From contig NZ_JAQNDL010000003.1 of the NCBI RefSeq assembly GCF_028368995.1, forward strand, positions 544,001-608,000: a stretch of 64,000 nucleotides of DNA, given 5' to 3'. Every line of letters begins with the position of its first letter. Position 1 is the first letter of the stretch. Source of the DNA: Nannocystis bainbridge (GTDB taxonomy: Bacteria > Myxococcota_A > Polyangia > Nannocystales > Nannocystaceae). A program made the translations under genes and the position numbers. Positions 10,786 to 23,931 of the stretch are shown piece by piece. The notes under the pieces are model-generated. The model did not search any database and had not been told where the DNA came from. It worked only from the letters and a program-made list of their open reading frames with translations.

Positions 10786-11103
10786 CCCCGCGAGTAGACC
10801 ACACCGCCCCGGCCCCCGTCGCCCCCGCCGCGTGCGCTATTCGACGCCCGCCGGCCCCCGTCCGCGATCACCCGCTCACGCCGGGGAATCCCCCGCGCCT
10901 GTCCTTCACAACATGCTCCGAAGGCCAGCCTATGTCAGCGTCACGGCCAGCGCGGCGGCTGGCGAGCGGACCCTGGGCGCCCGGCCTCCCATGCTCCGAG
11001 GGGGAGTCTCGATCCTCGCCACGACGGACGCGACCGGCTCACGGGCGCACGCTCTCGAACTCCCCAACCTGGTCTCTGCCGCTCGGCTCACCCGGCGCTG
11101 CGG

Positions 11104-12153
11104 TCACTGCAGCGCCCGCCGCAGCGCCCCGGCGATCTCGCTCAACGCCGGCCGCGCGTTCGAGAGCCCGCCCGACGCGCTGACGTGCCCGTGGAACATC
11201 CCGCGGTGGCACGCGAACGCGACGGGCACCCCGGCCGCCTCGAGCTTGCCCGCGAACGCCTCGCCCTCGTCGCGCAGCGGATCGAACCCGGCGGTGAACA
11301 CCGCGGCCGGCGGCGCCCCGGCCACGTCCGCGAACCATGGCGACGCCCGCGGGTCGCGCCCGTCCTCGGCGCCGCGCAGGTAGTGGCCCATGAACCACTC
11401 CATCGTCTCCTTCTCGAGGAAGAACCCCTTGCCGAGGCTCTCGATCGACGGGAACGACATCGTCAGGTCGACCGCCGGATAGATGAGCAGCTGAAACACC
11501 GGCCGCACCGCGTCGCCGCGGGTCTCGAGCCCGACCACCGCCGACAGGTTGCCGCCCGCGCTGTCGCCCGCCACCGCGATCCGCTTCGGATCGATCCCGA
11601 GCGCGCCGGCGCTGGCGACCACATGACGGAACGCCGCCACCGCGTCGTCGGCCGCCGCCGGGAACCGATGCTCGGGCGCCAGGCGGTAGTCGACGGCGAT
11701 GACGACGCAGCGGGCCTCGTCGGCGAGGATCCGGCACACGGGATCATGCGAGTCGAGGCCGCCGACGACGAACCCGCCGCCGTGAAAATACACCGTCGCC
11801 GGCGCCAGCGCGGCCAGCCCCCGCGGCCGGTAGATCCGCACCGCGAGCTCACCACCTGGCCCCTGGAACCTGTCCTCAGAGACAGTCTCCAGGGTCGGCG
11901 CCAGCGGGGCCAGCATCGCCGTGTTGATGTCCATCTCCCGCCGGGCCCGCGCGACCGAGAGCTCGTGGAAATGCGGCCGCCGCATCCGCCGCTGCATCGC
12001 CAGCATGTGCTGCACCTGCGGGTCGAGCGTGTGCCCGTCGCGCTCGACCGGCCCGCCGCCCGCCAGCCTCCGCTGCAACGAGTCCGGCAGCGACAGCAGC
12101 AGCCGCGCAGCGAACGCCTGGAACCTGTGAGACACGGACAGCGGCTTCCCCAT
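11104..12153 (-). CDS. Hormone-sensitive-lipase family esterase (Aes-like alpha/beta hydrolase)
   Basis: Motifs YFHGGGF, DYRLAPEH, GDSAGG, DPLRDEG, HG. Confidence 0.92.
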   Translation of the reverse strand: MGKPLSVSHRFQAFAARLLLSLPDSLQRRLAGGGPVERDGHTLDPQVQHMLAMQRRMRRPHFHELSVARARREMDINTAMLAPLAPTLETVSEDRFQGPGGELAVRIYRPRGLAALAPATVYFHGGGFVVGGLDSHDPVCRILADEARCVVIAVDYRLAPEHRFPAAADDAVAAFRHVVASAGALGIDPKRIAVAGDSAGGNLSAVVGLETRGDAVRPVFQLLIYPAVDLTMSFPSIESLGKGFFLEKETMEWFMGHYLRGAEDGRDPRASPWFADVAGAPPAAVFTAGFDPLRDEGEAFAGKLEAAGVPVAFACHRGMFHGHVSASGGLSNARPALSEIAGALRRALQ

Positions 12154-12259
12154 CGCCGCGACGATACCCGATCGCCCGCCCCCGCGCATCACCGCCGCCA
12201 TGTCCCGTTCGACATGTCCTTCAGGACACCCGACCCCGCGGCGTCGCGTCCCCGGGCGG

Positions 12260-12448
12260 TTACGGCGAACCAGCGTTCTCGGGCGCGCTGGCCAGCAGCT
12301 CCTCGAGCACCTGCATGGCCCCGCCGATCCGCAGCAGCGTGTCGCGCACCTCCATCTGCTTGCCCTCGAGCTCGCGCAGCAGCTTCTGCCCGCCGTCGAA
12401 TTCGCGCCGGAGTTCGGCGAGCCGCGCCTCGATCATGCTCCGCTCCAT
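12260..12448 (-). CDS. Small coiled-coil hypothetical protein (62 aa)
   Basis: MERSMIEARLAELRREFDGGQKLLRELEGKQMEVRDTLLRIGGAMQVLEELL. Host-like codon usage and a heptad pattern. Confidence 0.7.
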   Translation of the reverse strand: MERSMIEARLAELRREFDGGQKLLRELEGKQMEVRDTLLRIGGAMQVLEELLASAPENAGSP

Positions 12449-12660
12449 CCCCACCCTATAACACGCGGACCACGACGCCGACGCCGGTTTCATCCGCGAC
12501 GCACGCGGCCGGCTCGCGCGGCCCAGCGCCGCCGCCTCCGCGGCCGCGCCACCCCCTCGCAACACGGGAACGCGCTCGGGTCCGCCCCGTCGCCACCGCA
12601 CCCCGGCAGCTCCGGCTCAGCTGCGCACCTGGCGAGAGCAGGCACCGCCGCGATCACGGA

Positions 12661-12712
12661 GTGCATGTCCCCGAGAACATGCCTCTTAGAGCATGCCCCA
12701 AACGACATGTCC
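12661..12712. repeat. 14-bp-pitch decamer array (4 units)
   Basis: CATG cores at 12664, 12678, 12692, 12706, just downstream of the helicase stop codon. Confidence 0.9.
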
Positions 12713-12732
12713 TGAAGTTTCTCCTAAAAAAC

Positions 12733-15045
<2,313 letters not shown>

Positions 15046-15334
15046 CGCGTGGTCTCTCCGGAGCGTCCGCTCCGCGTGGGTGAGGTCAGCGGCTGGCGCG
15101 GAAGGCCCGCAGCTGGACCCCGAAGGAGCTATGCACTTGCGTCCCGGGCACCCACAGCGCCAGCATCGCGGGGGAAATCACCCTCGCACGATACGCCGCG
15201 CCCGCCGCCCCGGCAACCCGGGCACAGCGCCCGCGCGGCCCGGCCGGCGATCGCCGCCGCGGCGCCCGCGGACGTCGTGCGCGGCGGGATCTCCGCAACT
15301 CGCCGGCCGCGTCCGGCCGGAGCCCCCCGACTCC

Positions 15335-15414
15335 GGGCATGTCGCTTCGAACATGCCCCCGAGGACATGCCCGAAGCGACATGCCCCTGCGGACATGCCC
15401 CGCGAGACAGCCTC
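15335..15414. repeat. 14-bp-pitch decamer array (6 units)
   Basis: Cores at 15338, 15352, 15366, 15380, 15394 (CATG) and 15408 (CAGC), abutting the stop codon at 15420. Confidence 0.92.
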
Positions 15415-15419
15415 GCGCC

Positions 15420-15851
15420 TCAGAACTTCCCGGACACGAACGCCATCGGCCGCATCACCTTCCCGGCGCCGCGCATCGCCGAGGTGAAGAACGACAGCAC
15501 CGCCGTCTGCACCCCGACCCGCACCTCGGTCCCGCGCACCCGGTACTGCAGCTTCGGCTGGACCAGCCCGACCCCCGCGCCCATCGCCGGCGCCGACAGC
15601 AGCGCCGCCGAAAAGCTGTCGAGGCGCCGGTGCTTCGGCGTCAGCTCGAGCGCCCACATCGGCTGCAGCTGGTACTCGAAGCCGCGAAACGGCCGCGACA
15701 GATCGATCATCGGCGACCAGGTCAGGAAGTGCTCCTGCTTGAGCACGAACACCCCTGCGAGATCCCACTCGCGCGGCGGCGCGGTCATCGGCGGCGAGAG
15801 CACCGCCGGCGCCTGCATGAGCCATCCTGCCAGCGACGCGATCGTGATCAC
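15420..15851 (-). CDS. Hypothetical exported protein with a C-terminal beta-strand ending in Phe
   Basis: GTG start after a GGGAG RBS-like sequence. Host-like codon usage; ends ...MAFVSGKF. Confidence 0.6.
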   Translation of the reverse strand: MITIASLAGWLMQAPAVLSPPMTAPPREWDLAGVFVLKQEHFLTWSPMIDLSRPFRGFEYQLQPMWALELTPKHRRLDSFSAALLSAPAMGAGVGLVQPKLQYRVRGTEVRVGVQTAVLSFFTSAMRGAGKVMRPMAFVSGKF

Positions 15852-15977
15852 GCTCCCACCATACGCCGCGCCCTGCGCCCCGACAACTCGCGCCGCTCGC
15901 TCGCTCGCCGACCGGGTCCAGGGGTCGGGGAGACACTGTTCGCGGCGGGATCTCCGCGCTCGTGCTATCGTCCGCGC

Positions 15978-18020
15978 GTGACCGTCAACCCGCTCCTGCG
16001 CGTGCAGTTCCGCGTCCCCTTCGACCAGATCCGGCCCGAGCACGTCGAGCCCGCGATCGCCGAGCTCCTCACCGACGCCCGCGCCGAACTCCAGGCCATC
16101 GCCGCCGCCCCCGGGCCGCGCACCTTCGACAACACGCTCGGCGCGCTCGAGACCGCGACCGAGCGGCTCGAGTTCGCGATGACGCTGGTCGGCCACCTCG
16201 AGAGCGTCGCCACCACGCCCGAGCTGCGCGCCGCCCACAACGCGGTCCAGGGCCCGATCGCCGAGTTCTTCGCCCAGATCCCGCTCGACGCCGGGCTGTG
16301 GCAGGCGCTGCAGGAGTTCAGCCGCACGCCCGAGGCCGCCGCGCTGACCGGCGCGCGCAAGCGGCTGCTGGAGCGCACCCTCGACGATTTCCGCCGCCAG
16401 GGCGCCGAGCTCGACCCCGCCGGCAAGGCCCGCCTCGCCGAGCTCAGCGCCGAGCTGGCCCAGATCACCACGCAATACTCCGAGCACGTGCTCGACGGCA
16501 CCAACGCCTACGAGCTGTGGATCACCGACCCGGCTGACCTCGCAGGCCTGCCGCAGTCGGCGATCGACGCCGCGCGGGCCGGCGCCGAGGCCAAGGGCCG
16601 CCCGAGCGCGTGGCGGTTCACCCTGCAGCAGCCGAGCTTCGCCCCGTTCGTGACCTACGCCGACAGCCCCAAGCTGCGCGAGGAGATCTGGCGCGCCGCC
16701 AACATCTGCGCCAGCGACGGCCCGCACGACAACCGCGAGCTGCTGCGCCGGATCTTGCTGCTGCGCCGCGAGCAGGCCGCGCTGCTCGGGTTCCGCGACT
16801 TCGCCGACTTCGTGCTCAAGCCGCGCATGGCCAAAGACGGCGCCAGCGCCCGCGCCTTCGTCGACCGCCTGGCCGCCCGCACCGAGGCCGCCTTCGCCGC
16901 CGAAGCGCGTGACCTCCACGCCTTCCGCCAGCAGCTCGAAGGGCCGGCCGCCCCCGCGCCTGCGGCCTGGGACCTCGCCTATTACGCCGAGAAGCAGCGG
17001 CGCGCCCTCTACGACTTCGACGACGAGGCGCTGCGCCCCTACTTCCCGGTCGAGTCGGTGCTGAAGGGCCTGTTCGAGCTCGTCGGCGACCTCTACGGCG
17101 TGCGCGTCGAGCCGGTCGACGACTTCGCCACCTGGCACCCCGACGTGCGCACCTACGCCGTGCGCGACGGCGACGCCCTGCTCGGGGTGTTCTACGCCGA
17201 CCTGTTCCCGCGCGAGCAGAAGCGCAGCGGCGCGTGGATGAACGCGCTGGTGACCGGCCGCCCTGACGGCCGCGGCGGCTTCGGCCCGCACCTCGGCCTC
17301 ATCTGCGGCAACCTCACCCCGCCGATCGGCGACCGCCCGGCGCTGCTCACCCACGACGAGGTCGAGACGATCTTCCACGAGTTCGGCCACCTGCTGCACC
17401 ACCTGCTCACGCGCGTCGAGCTGCGCAGCCAGGCCGGCACCAACGTCGCCTGGGACTTCGTCGAGCTGCCGTCGCAGATCATGGAGAACTGGTGCTGGGA
17501 GCGAGCCGCGCTCGACCGCTTCGCCCGCCACGTCGACACCGGCGCGCCAGTGCCCGACGAGCTGGTGAGCCGCATGCTGAGCGCCCGCAACTTCCGCGCC
17601 GCCTCGGCGATGATGCGCCAGCTCAGCTTCGCCACCGTCGACCTCGAGCTGCACCGCGGCTCGCTGCCGGCCACGCCGGCGGAGATCCTCGCGCGCGCCC
17701 GCGAGATCATGAATCGCTTCAGCTCCGCCCCGCTGCCCGGCGACTACGCGATGGTGTGCCGCTTCGGCCACCTGTTCTCGAGCCCGGTCGCCTACGCCGC
17801 CGGCTACTACTCGTACAAGTGGGCCGAGGTGCTCGACGCCGACGCCTTCACCCGCTTCCAGGGCCAGGGCCTGTTCGACCGCGAAGTCGGCCTCGCCTTC
17901 CGCCGCGCGATCCTCGAGCGCGGCGACAGCGACGACCCGGCCGCCCTGTTCCGCGCCTTCATGGGCCGCGACCCCGACCCCGAGGCCCTGCTGCGCCGCG
18001 CCGGCCTGGCCGCCGCCTGA
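15978..18020 (+). CDS. prlC: Oligopeptidase A (M3 family metallopeptidase)
   Basis: Motifs [27 protein letters not shown] (HEXXH), [34 protein letters not shown]. Confidence 0.93.
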   Translation: MTVNPLLRVQFRVPFDQIRPEHVEPAIAELLTDARAELQAIAAAPGPRTFDNTLGALETATERLEFAMTLVGHLESVATTPELRAAHNAVQGPIAEFFAQIPLDAGLWQALQEFSRTPEAAALTGARKRLLERTLDDFRRQGAELDPAGKARLAELSAELAQITTQYSEHVLDGTNAYELWITDPADLAGLPQSAIDAARAGAEAKGRPSAWRFTLQQPSFAPFVTYADSPKLREEIWRAANICASDGPHDNRELLRRILLLRREQAALLGFRDFADFVLKPRMAKDGASARAFVDRLAARTEAAFAAEARDLHAFRQQLEGPAAPAPAAWDLAYYAEKQRRALYDFDDEALRPYFPVESVLKGLFELVGDLYGVRVEPVDDFATWHPDVRTYAVRDGDALLGVFYADLFPREQKRSGAWMNALVTGRPDGRGGFGPHLGLICGNLTPPIGDRPALLTHDEVETIFHEFGHLLHHLLTRVELRSQAGTNVAWDFVELPSQIMENWCWERAALDRFARHVDTGAPVPDELVSRMLSARNFRAASAMMRQLSFATVDLELHRGSLPATPAEILARAREIMNRFSSAPLPGDYAMVCRFGHLFSSPVAYAAGYYSYKWAEVLDADAFTRFQGQGLFDREVGLAFRRAILERGDSDDPAALFRAFMGRDPDPEALLRRAGLAAA

Positions 18021-18026
18021 CCTTTC

Positions 18027-18153
18027 GGACCTGCCCCATGCGACCTGTCCTCCAAAACATGTCCATTGGCGCAGGTCCGAGCGCTGCCTCGCCTGTCCCG
18101 ACGCCCACGCCGCCCGGGACCTATCCCGCCAACCTGTCCCTCGGGACATCTCG
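18027..18153. repeat. 14-bp-pitch decamer arrays (4 units plus further degenerate units)
   Basis: Cores CCTG 18030, CCTG 18044, CATG 18058, CAGG 18072; then CCTG 18133 and CATC 18147. Confidence 0.8.
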
Positions 18154-18200
18154 CTCCCCCTCTATCCACACCCCCCTCGCCGCCTGACCGCGGAGACCCT

Positions 18201-18965
18201 ATGCGACCCGTACTCATCGGACTGTCCTGCGGGACATCCTATCCCGACCCCGGCCGCGCGCTGTTCCTCGGCAAGTCGCTCGACTACGGCGAGCAGCGGC
18301 TGTCGGCCGCGCTGGCCCGCGCCGGCGCCTTGCCGTTCCTCCTGCCTGTCCTTCCGGACACCTCGATGCTGGTCGCGCTGGTCGAGCGGGTCGACGCGCT
18401 GGTCCTGAGCGGCGGCAGCGACGTCGCCCCCGGCGTCTACGGCGAGGCCCCGCTGCGCCCCGAGTGGGCCGGCGACCCGGCCCGCGACGCCTACGAGCAG
18501 GCGCTGCTCGGCGCCGCGCTGGCCCAGGGCAAGCCGGTGCTCGGGGTCTGCCGCGGCATCCAGCTGCTCAACGCCGCCCTCGGCGGCAGCCTCTACCAGG
18601 ACATCGGCTTCCAGGTCCCGGGCGCGCTGGTCCACCGCGACCCCGCCCGCTACGACGACAACGAGCACCCGGTGCGACTGCTCGCGGAGTCATGGCTGGC
18701 CGCGCTCTACGGCGCGCCCGAGCTGCTCGTCAACTCCGTCCACCACCAGGCCATCAAGGCCCTCGCGCCCGGCCTGCGCGCCTGCGCGTGGGCGCCCGAC
18801 GGCATCATCGAGGCCGCCGCCGACGAGCGCCGTGACATCTACGGCGTGCAGTGGCACCCCGAGTGGCTCGACCGCGAGAGCCCGCACTTCGCCCGCCGCT
18901 GCGCCGGCGACCCGATCTTCAGCGCCTTTGTCGCCCGCGTCCGCGTCCGCGCCGGCGTCGCGTGA
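18201..18965 (+). CDS. Gamma-glutamyl-gamma-aminobutyrate hydrolase family (peptidase C26, PuuD-like)
   Basis: Motifs LSGGSDV, LGVCRGIQ, GGSLYQD, VNSVHHQA, GVQWHPE. Confidence 0.9.
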   Translation: MRPVLIGLSCGTSYPDPGRALFLGKSLDYGEQRLSAALARAGALPFLLPVLPDTSMLVALVERVDALVLSGGSDVAPGVYGEAPLRPEWAGDPARDAYEQALLGAALAQGKPVLGVCRGIQLLNAALGGSLYQDIGFQVPGALVHRDPARYDDNEHPVRLLAESWLAALYGAPELLVNSVHHQAIKALAPGLRACAWAPDGIIEAAADERRDIYGVQWHPEWLDRESPHFARRCAGDPIFSAFVARVRVRAGVA

Positions 18966-19159
18966 GCGCGGCTCTCACGACCGCGCGCCCTCGCATCACC
19001 AGCGCCGCAGCCGCTCGTGACGCGCAGTCGCGACGCCGCGCCGGCGCGGCGTGCATCGGCGCTCACTCGCGCCTTGCGGGCCTGTCACGACGATCTCGCC
19101 GCGATGTCCGATCGGCGTCGCCTGGATCTCCCGATCGGTTTCCGATAGCCTGCGCGATC

Positions 19160-20374
19160 ATGCTCGCTCGCCCTGCGGCCCTGCTCTCGACCTTCGTCCT
19201 CCTCCTCGGCTGCGGCGGCGACGATCGCCCTGGCGGCGACACCGAGACCACCGGCCTCACCTCGGGCGACCCGGGCAGCGACGCCGCGACCGCCGCACCG
19301 ACCACCACCGACGCGACCTCCGGGACAGGAACTTCAGGACAGGACCCTACGGGCATGTCCTCCGAGACAGACGACGTCACCACCGCCGATCCGCCGGTGA
19401 CCACCACTGAAGATCCGCCCGACACCACCGGCGGCCCGGGCCCCGCCCCTGGCGCCCTGTGCGAGCCGGTCCCGAAGTGTGACGCCGCCCCGCCGACCAT
19501 CCCTGGCCAGGGCGAGCCGGAGGGTGAGTACTCGCGCGGGCGCGACATGTTCTACGTCGAGGGCGAGGAGCAGTGGGTGATCGCCAAGTTCACCAAGTGG
19601 GGCTTCCCCGCCGACAAGGACATCGAGGGCAGCGCCGTCCACCTGTTCCTCGACCGCGGCTGCGCCGGCGAGTGGGAGGACCTCGGCGTCGCCATCACCA
19701 CCGTCGAGGGCGAGCACGCGCCGGTCCAGGGCGTCGACGACTCCGGCGGCCGCGTCTATTACAAGATCTCCCAGTCCGACCAGCTTGAGCCGGGCCGTCA
19801 CCGCGTGCACGGCGTCGTCGAGGAGTTCTGGGACACCGTCGACATCACCATCGACGTCGTCCCGGCCGGCGCCCCGATCTTCGTCAGCGACGTCGACGGC
19901 ACCCTCACCACCAGCGAGAGCGAGGAGGCCTGGGACTTCTTGCTCGGCGACATCCCCGAGGCCAACCCGTTCGCCGCCGAGGCGCTGAGCCTGCTCGCGT
20001 CGAAGGGTTATCGCCCCATGTACTTGACCGCCCGGCCCGAGTGGCTCGACCGGCGCACGCGCGAGTTCGTGGCCCTGCGCGGCTTCCCCGCCGGGATCAT
20101 TCACACCACGCTCACGTACACCGGCGGCATGGGCGACACCGCCGCCGCCTACAAGACCGGAGAATTTCAGCTACTCAAAGACAAGGGCCTCGTCCCGACC
20201 TGGCTGTTCGGCAACAAGGACAGCGACGCCGAGGCCTTCGAGTCGACCATGATCCCGACCGACCAGCGCGTGCTGTTCCAGTTCACCGACGCCGTCCACG
20301 GCGCCCGGCGGATCGAGAGCTACCAGGAGCTCCTCGCCGAATTCGAAGCCCTGCCCGACCTGTGCGGCCGATGA
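19160..20374 (+). CDS. Lipoprotein with a Thr/Pro linker and an LNS2/lipin-like HAD phosphatase domain
   Basis: Lipobox LLLGC. HAD motifs SDVDGTLT (DxDxT), YLTARP and FGNKDSD. Confidence 0.75.
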   Translation: MLARPAALLSTFVLLLGCGGDDRPGGDTETTGLTSGDPGSDAATAAPTTTDATSGTGTSGQDPTGMSSETDDVTTADPPVTTTEDPPDTTGGPGPAPGALCEPVPKCDAAPPTIPGQGEPEGEYSRGRDMFYVEGEEQWVIAKFTKWGFPADKDIEGSAVHLFLDRGCAGEWEDLGVAITTVEGEHAPVQGVDDSGGRVYYKISQSDQLEPGRHRVHGVVEEFWDTVDITIDVVPAGAPIFVSDVDGTLTTSESEEAWDFLLGDIPEANPFAAEALSLLASKGYRPMYLTARPEWLDRRTREFVALRGFPAGIIHTTLTYTGGMGDTAAAYKTGEFQLLKDKGLVPTWLFGNKDSDAEAFESTMIPTDQRVLFQFTDAVHGARRIESYQELLAEFEALPDLCGR

Positions 20375-20880
20375 AGACCGGCACCTTGCTCGCCCTCGGG
20401 GCCGTCACCCTCGGCCTGTTCGGCTACACCCTGTGCCAGCTCGGCGGCCGCCCGCCCGAGCGGCCCGCCGAGGTCGCCCGCGCCGCCGCCGCCAAGAAGA
20501 CCCGGGAGGCCGTCCAGTTCCGCGACCTCCGCGACGAGCAGGACGCCCGCGCCGCGCTCGCCGTGTCGCTGCGCAGCCGGCTCGAGCGCGCCCTCGAGGC
20601 CCCCGAGGAGCTGCCGCCGCTGCCGACCCCCAACGACCGACTCGAGGCCGAGACCGCCTTCGAGGTCGTCATGGGTCAGATCGAGGGCCTCGCCGACAAG
20701 GGCGGCCCCCACCCCAAGGGCAAGCGCAAGCGGCTCTACCGGGCCGCCAACGACGCCTTCGCCGCCCTCTCCAATCACCTCGACGGCCACGACCCGCGCG
20801 ACCGCCTCGCCCTCGAGGACGCCCACGTCCGCCTCAAGGTCATGCTGCGCGAGATCGACGCCGGCCCGCCGGGCTCCTGA
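20371..20880 (+). CDS. Hypothetical protein with an N-terminal membrane anchor
   Basis: ATGA overlap with the upstream stop codon, hydrophobic N-terminus, host-like codon usage. Confidence 0.7.
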   Translation: MKTGTLLALGAVTLGLFGYTLCQLGGRPPERPAEVARAAAAKKTREAVQFRDLRDEQDARAALAVSLRSRLERALEAPEELPPLPTPNDRLEAETAFEVVMGQIEGLADKGGPHPKGKRKRLYRAANDAFAALSNHLDGHDPRDRLALEDAHVRLKVMLREIDAGPPGS

Positions 20881-20886
20881 CCCGAA

Positions 20887-20952
20887 GCGCATGTCCCCGG
20901 CGCCATGTTCTCCAGGACATGTTTTTAAGAACATGCCCCCGGAGACATGTTC
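20887..20952. repeat. 14-bp-pitch decamer array (5 units)
   Basis: CATG cores at 20890, 20904, 20918, 20932, 20946, starting about 7 bp after the stop at 20880. Confidence 0.92.
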
Positions 20953-21178
20953 ATCCACGGTTCCGCAATTATCGAGACCGCCGGGCCTCGCGGCCGCGGC
21001 GGTCTCGCGCGGGCCCTCGCCCGCCTAGCGGTCGAGGAACAGCCCCGCCTGGATCTTCGTCTTCTTCTTCATCGCCGCGGCACCTCCCGGCTTCACGCTA
21101 CCACGGCCCTCCAGCCGGCCTCGCGCCGCGGTTTCGCGCCCCGCTCACCGGCCCCGCGCGTGCTATCGTGAGCGCCTC

Positions 21179-23548
21179 GTGCAGCTCCGCGCCCGCGTCG
21201 CGCTCCTCTTCGCTGCCGTCCTCGCCTGTCACGACGACGCGGCCGAGGCCGACCCGCACGCCGTCGACTACGGCGACGCCTGCCGCGAGTCCGACTGCGC
21301 CCCCGAGATCCCGATGACCGGCCAGGTCTCGCCCGCCTTCGTCGAGCTCGACATCGCCATGCGCCAGTTCGTCAAGGCCCGCTGCGTCGGCGCCGGCGTG
21401 CTCAGCGTGTCGCTCCGCGGCCGTCGCGTCTACAAGCGCGGCTTCGGGCGCATGGCGGGCCCGGCCGCCGCCGACATGCCCGGGTGCAACGACGGCCCCA
21501 TGGCCGACGTCGATCGCTTCCAGCCCGAGGCCACGTTCGTCCAGCCCGACACCCCGCTGCGCCTCGGCAGCGTCTCCAAGTTCCTGACCGCCGCCATGGC
21601 CCGCCGGCTGATCGGCGCCCGCATCGAGCAACATGGCCTTCAGGACATGTACCCGACGCCGTCCCACGCGCGCATCGCCGACCCCGCCCTCGGTCTGCTC
21701 CCGCCCGACCTGCTCGCCGCCTTCGCCGGCGCCCGCTGCGGCCCCGTCACCGTCGACGACGTCGCCGCCGGCTGCACCCGCAGCTGCGGCGACGCCGGCC
21801 CCGACGTGCGCTGGCGCGACGTCACCGTCGGCGACCTGCTCGCCCACACCAGCGGCCTGCCCGGCAAGGCCGCCAACTGGGGCGCCCACGTCGTCCCCAA
21901 CTTCGGCGCCCTGCGCGGCTTCACCGGCGAGGCCGACTGGGCCGCCGAGGACGCCGCCCTGCGCGCTCGCTACCCCGAGTTCGCCGGCGACATCGAAGCC
22001 ACGCGGACCTGGCTGCAGCAGACCCTCCCGGCCCGCCACGTCTATTTCGTCAGCCGCTACGATCGCCGCGACACCGACCCGCAGCGCGAGTGGCTCGGCG
22101 TCTTCCTCACCCGCTGCCTCGTGCGCGACCCCGCGGGCGCCAGCGACGACGGCGCGTTCAAGGGCCCCTACTCCAACACCAACTACGCCGTCCTCGACAG
22201 CGTCGTCGCCCATCTGTCCGCCAGCGGCCGCTACGCCGCCGAGGCCGGCCACCCCGAGCAGCACGCCGACTCGGCCCTGCGCGAGTTCCTCGCCGACCTC
22301 GAGCTGGGGGGCGGCGTCGCCAGCGTCGAGGCCATCTTCCGCACCCCCGCGGCCCAGGGCTCACCTGCCCTTTCGGACATCCCCGAGCTGCGCGCCTGGG
22401 ACGGCCGCACCTACCGCCCGCTCGACTGGGAGGACAAGCGGCCCTACTGCGTGTGGCAGGGCGATCGCTGCGACTTCTCGCCCTGGCTCGCGCGCAAGTC
22501 GACCCGCCCGCGCTGGGACTTCGCCGGCCTGCCCGCGCCCCTGGGCGTCCCGCTCGCCGGCCAGGCGCTCACCGCCGGCACCGGCGCGCTGTCGGCCGAG
22601 GCGCCCGCGCTGCTGCGGATCGTCCACCGCTACGCCCTCGGCGACGACGACATCCTGCAAGGTCGTCCGCGCGAGAGCTGCGGCGAGGCCTGCAATTTCG
22701 TCATGGACAAGGCCGGCTCGCTCGGCGGCGGTCGGGCCTACGCCATCAGCCTGCCCGGCGGGACCCGGGAAGTCACCCTGCCCGGCCTCGCGCCCGACGG
22801 CCGCCTCTCCGACCTCGGCCCGCGCCTGCGCCTCGCCATCACCGAGCCCGCCGACGTCGACGTCGTCGTCATGGTCGGCCAGAGTGACGACGGCCGTGAC
22901 GCCGGCAGCGTGGTCTACAGCGACCTCGACGAGATGATCCGCTTCGGCCTCTCGCGCGTCGACTGGGCCGCCGTCGAGGCCGAGCTGGCGGCTCAGGCCA
23001 TCCGCGTGGTCGGCCTCGCGATCGACGATCGCGGCGACGCCAACTACTGGTGCGCCGACGATCGGCTCACCGTGCGCCGCGGCGACCCGGCCGGCGTGTC
23101 GAACGGCGAGCTGCTCAGCCGCGACCCTTACCGCCTGCCCGCCACCCGGATCGGCGTCGACGTCGTCGCCGTCGCCCGCGCCCTCGATCGCCCCGGCGAC
23201 CAGGTCGTCGCCTGGTATGACGACGGCCACGTCGGTCGCGGCGATCCCCACGACCTCCGCGGCGCCGCGCGGCCCGAGCCCTACCGCCCCGCCCCCGGCC
23301 GGACCTATCGCGACCTCGCCGCCGTCGTCGTCACCCCGGCCGGCGAGGCGATCGCCCTCTATCACGACGGCGCCGCCAGCTTCGGCACCCTCACCGACCT
23401 CGCCGCCCACGGTCTCGGGCGCTTCGAGGGCCGCGACCCCGTCAGCGTCGACGCGCTCGCCCTCGCCCCTGACGGCCGCCTGTTCGTCCTGCACCGCGAC
23501 GGCAGCGTCGACATCACCGACCTCGCCGCCTTCGCGCGCGACGAGTGA
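21179..23548 (+). CDS. Serine hydrolase (class C beta-lactamase/PBP-like) lipoprotein with C-terminal beta-repeats
   Basis: Lipobox VLAC. SxxK motif in LGSVSKFLTA, LLAHTSG, YSN (YSNTNY) and KAG (DKAGSL). Confidence 0.75.
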   Translation: MQLRARVALLFAAVLACHDDAAEADPHAVDYGDACRESDCAPEIPMTGQVSPAFVELDIAMRQFVKARCVGAGVLSVSLRGRRVYKRGFGRMAGPAAADMPGCNDGPMADVDRFQPEATFVQPDTPLRLGSVSKFLTAAMARRLIGARIEQHGLQDMYPTPSHARIADPALGLLPPDLLAAFAGARCGPVTVDDVAAGCTRSCGDAGPDVRWRDVTVGDLLAHTSGLPGKAANWGAHVVPNFGALRGFTGEADWAAEDAALRARYPEFAGDIEATRTWLQQTLPARHVYFVSRYDRRDTDPQREWLGVFLTRCLVRDPAGASDDGAFKGPYSNTNYAVLDSVVAHLSASGRYAAEAGHPEQHADSALREFLADLELGGGVASVEAIFRTPAAQGSPALSDIPELRAWDGRTYRPLDWEDKRPYCVWQGDRCDFSPWLARKSTRPRWDFAGLPAPLGVPLAGQALTAGTGALSAEAPALLRIVHRYALGDDDILQGRPRESCGEACNFVMDKAGSLGGGRAYAISLPGGTREVTLPGLAPDGRLSDLGPRLRLAITEPADVDVVVMVGQSDDGRDAGSVVYSDLDEMIRFGLSRVDWAAVEAELAAQAIRVVGLAIDDRGDANYWCADDRLTVRRGDPAGVSNGELLSRDPYRLPATRIGVDVVAVARALDRPGDQVVAWYDDGHVGRGDPHDLRGAARPEPYRPAPGRTYRDLAAVVVTPAGEAIALYHDGAASFGTLTDLAAHGLGRFEGRDPVSVDALALAPDGRLFVLHRDGSVDITDLAAFARDE

Positions 23549-23931
23549 GCCGCGACCGCGATCACAGGCGACGGCTCAGTGGCGACCTCCTGTCGGCCCG
23601 CGCACGCCCGCGCGCCGCTCCGCCTCGCATCACCCGGCCCACGCCTTCGACTCCGTCCCTTACGAGCCCGCGTTCGCTGTTTCCGGCCGCGCCCGCGGCA
23701 AAATCACCGCCCTCGCAATTTTTCCTCCCGCCGCGGCGACTCCACGCCAGGACGGTGACGCTCATCATGCCCAGCCCTGCGAACAGTCCTTCGACCGCCT
23801 CACCCCATGACATGGTTGCCGTGGCGACCCTCGCACCTGGCGGCGCCGCGACCCCTCGACCTGTCCCGGGGGGCGCCCTATGCTCGGAGAGCCGGCCCGC
23901 CGCCGGGTGTTTGCATAGGGATGACGCCACC

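Noticed and set aside
10832-11100. ORF or RNA gene in the gap between the steroid reductase-like gene and the esterase
   Set aside because: No codon bias or recognisable RNA structure; it contains only a 3-unit decamer array (10898/10912/10926).
15335-15414. Resemblance of the decamer (RRRCATGYYY) to the eukaryotic p53 half-site
   Set aside because: The match is real at consensus level, but the context is clearly bacterial, no p53-like gene is visible, and CCTG/CAGG variants and the fixed 4-bp spacer differ. Treated as coincidence.
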